From: Microgenomates group bacterium
GTDB taxonomy: Bacteria; Patescibacteriota; Microgenomatia; UBA10105; UBA927
Direction of reading: 5' to 3'
Length of the DNA stretch: 64,000 nt
Assembly: GCA_049287205.1 (NCBI GenBank)
Contig: JBAQFJ010000001.1
Location: 511,041-575,040, forward strand
A program made the position numbers and the translations under genes. The notes beneath the pieces are model-generated. The model made no database searches. It saw nothing but the letters and a program-made list of their open reading frames with translations, and was not told the origin of the DNA. This document shows, one piece after another, positions 57,137-64,000 of this stretch. How positions within the stretch are numbered: the first letter of the stretch is position 1; every line of letters starts with the position of its first letter.

Positions 57137-58113
57137 CGCGTGGCAATTGAACGATAATAATCGATGGTTTTTTTAAGTCCATCATCAAATGAAGTCGATG
57201 CCATAAAATGAATTTTTTCTTTTGCTTTGGTGTTGTCACTATTTCTTCTTAAGCTACCGTCCGGTTTTGTGGTGTCAAAAATAATCCTTGTTTTCACACC
57301 TGAAAATTTTACTATCTTTTCAACTAGTTCTTTAATGGTGATTTCTTCGTCTGTGCCTAGATTAATCGGGTCTGGCACCGGATAGTTTTCTACTGCTTTC
57401 ATCATTCCCTCAACCAGATCATCAACAAACAGGAACGCCCTTGTTTGTTTACCGCTTCCCCATACGATCACCGGATTTTCACCGTCAACAACACGTTTAA
57501 TTAATGCCGGTATTACATGTGACGATGCAGGATCAAATTGATCCCTTGGTCCATATGCGTTATACGGTCGCACTATTCCAATTTTCATCTTAAATTCCTG
57601 AGCGTAATAAAACCCAAGTTTCTCAGCTACCCTTTTTGCCCATCCGTACCCCCCATTAGTCGGTTCCGGTTCGTTTTTGTATCCCTCTGTCTCAGATGTC
57701 GGAATTACTGCGTCGCTGGGATATATACAAGCACTGGAAACCACCAAAAAACGTTCGACATTAGTCACCCTAGCTGCTTCTAGCATAGTTGAGGCAATAA
57801 GAAGGTTATCTCTAAGCATGGTTGCCTGATGAAACCGATTATATTCAATGCCCCCAACATGAGCGGCTAAATTCATAACGATATCTTGAGATTTACACGC
57901 CTTCTGTGCATCCATTAGATTGGTGCAATCACCCTGAATAAATTGAACTTTGTCTTTAAGATGGGATATAAATTTAATTTTTCCTCCTGTCATTTTATCA
58001 AACACAGTCACAACAGCTCCTCGCTCAAGAAGTTTTTCAACCAAATGGCTTCCTATAAAACCAGTTCCGCCTGTTACTAAAACTTTTTTACCCTCAAAAA
58101 AATTCTTATTCAT
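57133..58113 (-). CDS. NAD-dependent epimerase/dehydratase family protein
   Basis: KVLVTGGTGFIGSHLVEKLLERG, GYGWAKRVAE (YxxxK); extended SDR. Confidence 0.75.
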   Translation of the reverse strand: MNKNFFEGKKVLVTGGTGFIGSHLVEKLLERGAVVTVFDKMTGGKIKFISHLKDKVQFIQGDCTNLMDAQKACKSQDIVMNLAAHVGGIEYNRFHQATMLRDNLLIASTMLEAARVTNVERFLVVSSACIYPSDAVIPTSETEGYKNEPEPTNGGYGWAKRVAEKLGFYYAQEFKMKIGIVRPYNAYGPRDQFDPASSHVIPALIKRVVDGENPVIVWGSGKQTRAFLFVDDLVEGMMKAVENYPVPDPINLGTDEEITIKELVEKIVKFSGVKTRIIFDTTKPDGSLRRNSDNTKAKEKIHFMASTSFDDGLKKTIDYYRSIATR

Positions 58114-58160
58114 TTTTCAAGTATAACATATCAAATAAATTCGATATAATACGTTATCTT

Positions 58161-59096
58161 ATGAAAATGCCATTGGTTAGTATAGGTTTACCTACGTATA
58201 ACCGCGCCTCTGATTTAGATGCATGTCTTGCTAATCTTACAAAATTGAACTACAAAAATATCGAAATTATCATTTCGGATAATAATTCATCAGATAATAC
58301 TAAAAATGTGTGTAACGTTTTTTGTCAAAAAGACAAACGCATTCGTTATTATAGGCAAAAGATCAATATCGGCGTTCATAAAAACTCAAACTTTGTACTA
58401 GCAAAGGCAACAGGAAAATATTTCTTCTGGGCTTCAGATGACGATTTTCGTAGTGAACAGTATATCTCAAAATTAGTTCCTTTACTTGAAAAAAATCCGC
58501 AGGCAACACTAGCCATTACAGACACAAAGTTGTTTACAAAAGATCAGTCTGCACAGATACCTATTTTTTTAAAATCCAATTCTCACGCCCCAATGCAATT
58601 ATTGACATATCTACTGCATCCGGAGTGTGTATCGGTACTTTTATACGGATTACATCGCCTTGATAAAAAATTTGTCCAACAGCACAACAATATAATTCAG
58701 GAAAAACGTTTTTTTAATATAAAAGGATACGATAACTCATTTGCTGTATATGTGCTTTTACGCGGTGATCTCATCTATTTACCTCAACATCTTTTCTCTA
58801 TTCGTGATAATGGCATGTATTTATCTGTATATCACGATATTTCTAATCTTAAGCTTTCAAAACTGTTTTTTGAAAGAGTACGACGCTATGCACTATTTCC
58901 CATCATGTTCTTTTATGATTGGCTGTACGGAACTTTGCATATTTTTAAATCATCGTTATCAATATCCTTAAAATCATTATGTGTCATATTTATATTTCTC
59001 AAATTAATCTATGACTTTATTTTATATATCTATTCAATAGTTAAAGGAATAATAGTATTGCTTCTGGGGCTTATCAAAAAAGTAATCCGTTTTTAA
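58161..59096 (+). CDS. Glycosyltransferase family 2 with C-terminal TM helices
   Basis: VSIGLPTYNRASDLDACLANL...IIISDNNSSDNT, DDD region; C-terminal hydrophobic helices. Confidence 0.75.
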   Translation: MKMPLVSIGLPTYNRASDLDACLANLTKLNYKNIEIIISDNNSSDNTKNVCNVFCQKDKRIRYYRQKINIGVHKNSNFVLAKATGKYFFWASDDDFRSEQYISKLVPLLEKNPQATLAITDTKLFTKDQSAQIPIFLKSNSHAPMQLLTYLLHPECVSVLLYGLHRLDKKFVQQHNNIIQEKRFFNIKGYDNSFAVYVLLRGDLIYLPQHLFSIRDNGMYLSVYHDISNLKLSKLFFERVRRYALFPIMFFYDWLYGTLHIFKSSLSISLKSLCVIFIFLKLIYDFILYIYSIVKGIIVLLLGLIKKVIRF

Positions 59097-59881
59097 TATC
59101 TCTTCCTATTCTTTTTAAATAGAAACAGGCCACAACCATAATGAAGCGTACTGTAATTTCGCCAGTCTACTTTTTCATTAAAATGACCTTCGTCATCGAT
59201 AACAGAAAATTCAATTAACTGACATCCATTAAATGCTTTAATAATCATCTCGGGTGTGTGAATCCGATGCGCATTAAAACACATTCGATACTTACCCACA
59301 GGTAAAGATACATAGATGCGTCCGTTCGGTTTTACAACGCGTATCATTTCCTTGATAGCTTTCTTTGTACCATTCGGATCAATGCTATCCCCGTATCTGC
59401 CCAATCCGATATGTTCAATAACGTGCAGGCTTGATAAAGAAGATATGGAATTAGTCTTATACGGAAGACGAAGTATATTAGCTTTAACAATTGTTAATCC
59501 GGACAATTTCGCTTTAATCGGTCGTAGATCAACAAAATCAACCGGTAAAAATATCGAAAGGTAGCCGCTAAAATTGTATTTAGATGCCAAATCTACATGT
59601 CTTTCCGGTTTTTGCTGAACAATGCGCTTCAATGCCCATATTTCCTGATAATAATAATGCGCATCGAACGGCGTTAACGAAACCTTTTCATCTACTATCG
59701 GAAAAAGATTCATTCCAGCAATTTTTTCGTTTGGTGCACCTCTTTTATACTGAATCCAATCACGAAAAAACCATATATATCCGGTTAAACCAAAGAAAAA
59801 CTTAACCGGATCAAATAACGGAGCTATCAAACGGTATCCAAAGTATCCGACATTCTTTATTGGTGATGAAAAGACTCTCAC
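59093..59881 (-). CDS. Hypothetical protein with weak SAM-methyltransferase-like features
   Basis: 262 aa; LHVIEHIGLGRYGD and VKPNGRIYVSLP resemble Methyltransf_11-type blocks, but no clear GxGxG motif. Confidence 0.3.
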   Translation of the reverse strand: MRVFSSPIKNVGYFGYRLIAPLFDPVKFFFGLTGYIWFFRDWIQYKRGAPNEKIAGMNLFPIVDEKVSLTPFDAHYYYQEIWALKRIVQQKPERHVDLASKYNFSGYLSIFLPVDFVDLRPIKAKLSGLTIVKANILRLPYKTNSISSLSSLHVIEHIGLGRYGDSIDPNGTKKAIKEMIRVVKPNGRIYVSLPVGKYRMCFNAHRIHTPEMIIKAFNGCQLIEFSVIDDEGHFNEKVDWRNYSTLHYGCGLFLFKKNRKRY

Positions 59882-59894
59882 AATAAAAACCTTA

Positions 59895-61073
59895 TTAACT
59901 GGTAAAAATATTTATAATTGTTTTGATTTCTTTTTTTGTTAATTCGGGATTATTCCCAAAATAGAGCCCTTGATCATGCGCAATTGATGCATTTGTTTTC
60001 TTTTTGCTTTTTCCCACTTTAACATACTTTTTGTAAAACGGCTGTTTAGTCATATCACCGCCAACTATTGGTCTTATTTCGACTACTCCGTCACATTTTT
60101 TAACTAATGCATCTCGTATAGCTTTTGTTCTACATACCACTGGTACGGCAAAATTTGATACCACATCTATATGGTCGTATCTCATTGGAAAGTATCTGTC
60201 TGTCATACTATAAATCGCTTTTGCAAACATCATAAAATTCTCTTCTCTCTTTCTTACTATCTCCGGCAAATACTTCAACTGAATATTTCCTATGCAACCC
60301 TGTATTTCCATAGTTCGAAGATTATATCCAAGATCGTAGAACGTATACCGTGAATAAAAAGTCTCGTTTACGTGATTTTTAATACGAATCTTTAGCTGTC
60401 TATCTTCAGTTAAATTTCTATCCCATCCGTGTGCTCGAACAAATTGAAGCATAGTGTCCAACTCCTGATTATCAGTGCACACAGCTCCTCCTTCTATTGT
60501 GGACATATGATGTCCAACGTAGAAAGAAAATGTGCTTGCTAACCCAAAATTACCTAGTTTTTTACCCTTATATACAGTCCCCAATGATTCACAGTTATCT
60601 TCTATCAACAATATATTATTCTTTTTACAAATTCTTGCTATCTCATCTATTTCGTCACAGAATCCTAAAAGATTGGTCAAAAAAAGCATCTTTATACGCT
60701 TTTTATTTATTACCCCTTTTAACGTTCTGGGTGACACATTTAATGTATCCAATTCACAATCAATAGGAACCGGAGTAAGACCTAATTCAATAAGAGGCAT
60801 TACGTTTGTTGACCATGTCAATGCGGAAAAACCGATGGCATCACCTTTTTTTAACTTCCCCAGGTTTAAAAGTGCCTGAATTATCGCTAAATCTGCGCTG
60901 CTCCCACTATTTAAATAAATACAATGTTTTCGATTCTGATATTCTGCAAAATTATTTTCAAATTTTCTACATTCATTTCCTATACTTAACTGTTTTGCAT
61001 TAGTAATAAACGCACAAAGTTTTTTCTTTGTGTCAACCTCATTCATAAACGTTGATTTAATAAGCTTAATCAT
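59895..61073 (-). CDS. DegT-family PLP/PMP-dependent sugar 3-dehydratase-like enzyme (ColD/E1-type, active-site Lys replaced by His)
   Basis: NSGSSADLAIIQALLNL, ILLIEDNCESLG, STFSFYVGHHMSTIEGGAVCTDN (His at the Lys position); no Cys cluster, 392 aa, i.e. ColD-like rather than E1-like. Confidence 0.65.
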   Translation of the reverse strand: MIKLIKSTFMNEVDTKKKLCAFITNAKQLSIGNECRKFENNFAEYQNRKHCIYLNSGSSADLAIIQALLNLGKLKKGDAIGFSALTWSTNVMPLIELGLTPVPIDCELDTLNVSPRTLKGVINKKRIKMLFLTNLLGFCDEIDEIARICKKNNILLIEDNCESLGTVYKGKKLGNFGLASTFSFYVGHHMSTIEGGAVCTDNQELDTMLQFVRAHGWDRNLTEDRQLKIRIKNHVNETFYSRYTFYDLGYNLRTMEIQGCIGNIQLKYLPEIVRKREENFMMFAKAIYSMTDRYFPMRYDHIDVVSNFAVPVVCRTKAIRDALVKKCDGVVEIRPIVGGDMTKQPFYKKYVKVGKSKKKTNASIAHDQGLYFGNNPELTKKEIKTIINIFTS

Positions 61074-61090
61074 AATGACGCCATTATAAG

Positions 61091-62251
61091 CTATTTCTCT
61101 ATACTTTCAAATGCCTTTCTGAATATGGTATTCCATTGAAAATCTTTTGCATACTGAAAAGCATTTTTTCTATAAAGATTCATTAGTTTCTCATTTCCGA
61201 AAAAATTAATTATTGTACTCGTTATTGTTTTCAGGTCGTTTGAGATAACGAACCCACATGTACCTTGAATACCTTTTGCAATTGGCGAAACATCTGTCAT
61301 CATTACGGGTATTCCGCACGCTAAATATCGTTTAACCTTCCCGGGCTCTGTGGTAAACACTAAGGGATGACTTGTGTCATAACACGCAACTCCTAATGAA
61401 GCGTGTGCAATTCTTTGTTCCATTTCTCTCGGGTCTTCAATAAAACCTAAAAAATTAACTACGTTAATTACTTTAAGTTTTTTTGCCAACGTTTTAAGTT
61501 GTATTTTATCTTTTCCATCACCAATAATTGTAAATACTGTGTCCGGATAAATTTCACGAATTCTAGGCAAGGCCTTAATCACCATATCAACCCCCTGAAA
61601 ACCCGCTAATGTCCCCATATATACAATTTCATGCTTGTTGCATAATTTATATGGAACAATAATATCGAGACGATGACGAATACCATTCGGTACTACTATT
61701 TGATTACGAAATACGTGATTCCATTTAACATTTCTTTTATCAATCATTGTAGCTGCGTAATTCCAAGTACTATTGGAGTATTGTGCGCATATTTTATCGA
61801 GTAAATGGTAAACAAAGTTCAACATACCATTACTAAATCTCATAATGGCGTAATCAATTACGTAGTATATTGATACGTTTGTCTTATGTAGAAGCATCAA
61901 TACTAAACCCATTAACGCGTTGAGATTACCGACACCAATATAAATATCAATGGCCTTTAACTTGGTAACTGACCAATAGAAAGAATAATAACTGTCAACC
62001 ACGTATGATAAAATTTCCGGTAATTTCAGCTTTAATGCTAAGTATTTATTTTGACATTTGCCTTTAATCCAGTGTTCACAATAGGATTGTGATAGAAAAT
62101 TTTTGGACACATATCTATTTACATGACCTATAAAAAGTAGCTCTGTAATCCCTTCTGAAATCATAAAGTCACGCAGCTCATGGGGAGGCCCATAAATAAA
62201 ATCATGACATACTATCACCGCTGATTTATATGGTATTGTATTCGATTTCAT
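61091..62251 (-). CDS. GT-B fold glycosyltransferase (paralog family)
   Basis: 386 aa; TTEPGKVKRYLACGIPVMMTDVSPIAKGI motif. Confidence 0.55.
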   Translation of the reverse strand: MKSNTIPYKSAVIVCHDFIYGPPHELRDFMISEGITELLFIGHVNRYVSKNFLSQSYCEHWIKGKCQNKYLALKLKLPEILSYVVDSYYSFYWSVTKLKAIDIYIGVGNLNALMGLVLMLLHKTNVSIYYVIDYAIMRFSNGMLNFVYHLLDKICAQYSNSTWNYAATMIDKRNVKWNHVFRNQIVVPNGIRHRLDIIVPYKLCNKHEIVYMGTLAGFQGVDMVIKALPRIREIYPDTVFTIIGDGKDKIQLKTLAKKLKVINVVNFLGFIEDPREMEQRIAHASLGVACYDTSHPLVFTTEPGKVKRYLACGIPVMMTDVSPIAKGIQGTCGFVISNDLKTITSTIINFFGNEKLMNLYRKNAFQYAKDFQWNTIFRKAFESIEK

Positions 62252-63924
62252 TAATAACGTTGATGTAAAATGATTTCGTTTTGTATTTCTTGTGTTATAT
62301 TATGCACTCGTTTGTCATCGCCATAATAATAGATTCCGATAACCTGTTCTACTGATAGATCTTTGTTTGCTTTAAACAGCTCAAATAAATCTTTCTTGTT
62401 CCAGTAGTATCCAAACCCTTTATCTCCAATTTCTTTGTATCCTTGATCAAAAAACTTGGATAAATAATTCTCTCCTATCAGATCAATAGAAATTTGAGGG
62501 TAATTCTGAAATATTAGCAGTAACATATAGCCGGAACCTAACTTAAATGGTAAAACGTTATTATCAAAAAAATATTTTCTATCCCCTTCAACGTAGAATA
62601 TCGGTTTATTTGGAATTGTACTGTATGTGTTTCTTATGGCAGACATAGCAACCTTTATTTCATTGCCATAAGCTATATTTTCATTAATACTACGTTGTAT
62701 TAATTGTGTCTGTTTGTAAATAAATATTGCCAAAAGGACATACATAATAGCATAGGTGATAGATCGTCTTTTAATATAAACTTCTAAATATATTCTTATT
62801 TCATTCACAATGTACCCGATCATCATAGCCACAGGAAAATATGAATAATACAAATATCTCGATTCTATATACGACGTGCCTCTTTGATACGTAAAAACAG
62901 CCATCGGGGCAAAACTAATAACATACCAACCGGCGATAAATATGATTTCTTTTCTATAATTCGGTTTTCTTAAATATATGATCATGATGAAAATTAAAAA
63001 TATGAACGACAACGTTATTGAAACCAAGTCGGCTACAATAACCTTCGTAGCCAAATCATCCGCAGTGGTATTCACCATAAAGGTATAGTTAAACTTGGCA
63101 AATATTGGTGCAAACCGATGCATAAATTCAGATGGAATAAAAAATTGCCCTAATGAAACTAGCGGGAAATATCCCATCTGAAATACTGCTTTACTTACGA
63201 CAGTTGTCGTTTGAGGTGTAATTGAACCGACGTTATGGATACCGAAGTAATCAAATGCCTTATATACACCAAAAAATAAAACTACTATTGTTATGACGGC
63301 AAACTTTTTCCAATATATAGCTTCTACTTTTGTTTTAATCACATAGGGCAACAATAAAAGTAATGGAAAAACAAAAAAGCTGCTTTCTTTAAATAGAAAA
63401 GCGATATACGCAAAAAACCATGCTAGTATTCTTAACGATTGCTTTTTTTCGTTAATTCCTTGAATACCTAGAAGTAGGGCTAATAATACAAATGTCATCC
63501 CTCCTAAGGTTTGTGTTGTAGCACCAAACCAAGCGAAGGCTTGACTTGCAGCAGCTGGTACAGCAAAGACACAGGCTGTGATAAAGGCAATATTCTTGTT
63601 TTTTGTTAACTTCCAAGCAACAAGATATGCCAGATAGCTGTTCAGCGTATGAATAACAATAGTAAAAAATGCAAATGGAATGGCGCTATCCTTAAAAAAA
63701 TAAAAAAACAGGCCGTTTAACAAAGCGCCTAAAACCCGACCATTACCTAATAAAATCGAGCCGAGCGTTTTTACGTGAAGATAACCGGCTAAGATTCCAA
63801 ATTTTTGAACTGCTCCCATTTGCAGTAATTCATCGTTTAAAAAATAAAGTGAAAATACACCATGACAGGAAAATAGAACAAGGAAAATAATTATCGCAAT
63901 TATAAATAGCCGAGGTTTCTTCAT
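62251..63924 (-). CDS. Polytopic membrane protein, GT-C-type (PMT_2/ArnT-like) glycosyltransferase candidate
   Basis: 557 aa, about 12 TM helices, first-loop acidic motif (FLNDELLQMG), soluble C-terminal domain. Confidence 0.5.
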   Translation of the reverse strand: MKKPRLFIIAIIIFLVLFSCHGVFSLYFLNDELLQMGAVQKFGILAGYLHVKTLGSILLGNGRVLGALLNGLFFYFFKDSAIPFAFFTIVIHTLNSYLAYLVAWKLTKNKNIAFITACVFAVPAAASQAFAWFGATTQTLGGMTFVLLALLLGIQGINEKKQSLRILAWFFAYIAFLFKESSFFVFPLLLLLPYVIKTKVEAIYWKKFAVITIVVLFFGVYKAFDYFGIHNVGSITPQTTTVVSKAVFQMGYFPLVSLGQFFIPSEFMHRFAPIFAKFNYTFMVNTTADDLATKVIVADLVSITLSFIFLIFIMIIYLRKPNYRKEIIFIAGWYVISFAPMAVFTYQRGTSYIESRYLYYSYFPVAMMIGYIVNEIRIYLEVYIKRRSITYAIMYVLLAIFIYKQTQLIQRSINENIAYGNEIKVAMSAIRNTYSTIPNKPIFYVEGDRKYFFDNNVLPFKLGSGYMLLLIFQNYPQISIDLIGENYLSKFFDQGYKEIGDKGFGYYWNKKDLFELFKANKDLSVEQVIGIYYYGDDKRVHNITQEIQNEIILHQRY

Positions 63925-64000
63925 TTATCTTGATTAATTAATACATATTCCGTAATTGATGATGTTATATCACGTACTCGTTGGTCATTCCCGTAGTAAT
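63921..64000 (-). CDS. 3' end (C-terminus) of a tandem paralog of the 62251..63924 GT-C-like gene; 5' end lies beyond the window
   Basis: The minus-strand frame ending at TGA 63921-63923 translates ...YYGNDQRVRDITSSITEYVLINQDK*, paralleling the C-terminus YYYGDDKRVHNITQEIQNEIILHQRY* of the downstream gene. The stop overlaps the next ATG (ATGA). Confidence 0.5.
   Translation of the reverse strand, partial: YYGNDQRVRDITSSITEYVLINQDK

Noticed and set aside
1-64000. Search for a CRISPR array, rRNA/tRNA genes, integrase, transposase or phage genes
   Set aside because: No regularly spaced direct repeats were seen. No ORF has recombinase or transposase motifs. Intergenic regions are all under 200 bp. 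Nothing supports calling a mobile element, despite the compositional island at 44-54 kb.

Overview
This 64-kb window comes from an AT-rich bacterial chromosome. Nearly all genes lie on the minus strand and are tightly packed, with frequent ATGA-type start/stop overlaps. The organism is possibly a small-genome CPR/Patescibacteria-like lineage; that is an inference from DUF4012, an alpha2-type GlyRS, N-terminally reduced Mur ligases and compact proteins.

(1) 0.1-14.9 kb is a compact division/cell-wall (dcw) peptidoglycan cluster, read right to left: an intrinsic terminator and the mraZ promoter with TGGGN operator repeats, then mraZ-rsmH-ftsL-ftsI, three small accessory genes (unknown, YecM-like, PNPOx-like), murE-like, pgeF, murC, murB, murA, a GlmU-like gene, ddl, a murF-like gene and an MBL hydrolase. 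mraY, murD, murG, ftsW and ftsQAZ are absent from the cluster.

(2) 15.4-17.3 kb carries glyQS and a short recO.

(3) 17.3-64 kb is a roughly 47-kb envelope-glycan super-locus. It starts with a DUF4012 protein, a polyprenyl-phosphate sugar phosphotransferase and manC. It holds at least 14 GT-A/GT-B glycosyltransferases (GT2, GT4 and three paralogous GT-B enzymes), and at least six large polytopic membrane proteins that look like GT-C or polymerase/ligase types, including two tandem paralog pairs. Nucleotide-sugar modules include galE, a UDP-xylose-synthase-like gene, a divergent dTDP-3-acetamido-3,6-dideoxyhexose module (WxcM-like acetyltransferase/isomerase fusion plus FdtB-like aminotransferase), and acetyl- and methyltransferases.

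An especially AT-poor-in-GC, island-like segment (about 44.4-54 kb) encodes a CDP-3,6-dideoxyhexose pathway: ddhA, a ddhB-like gene, and a bona fide E1 dehydrase ddhC carrying the C-X57-C-X1-C-X7-C iron-sulfur motif. No E3 reductase is present. Next to these are a YerE-like TPP enzyme, an SDR, a HAD phosphatase, and two unusual proteins: a DmpG-type pyruvate aldolase domain fused to a GT42/Maf-like transferase domain, and a TIM-barrel-like protein with an embedded 2x[4Fe-4S] ferredoxin motif. This module is the best candidate for an undescribed sugar-acid or branched deoxysugar pathway.

No CRISPR array, rRNA/tRNA or mobile-element genes were seen.
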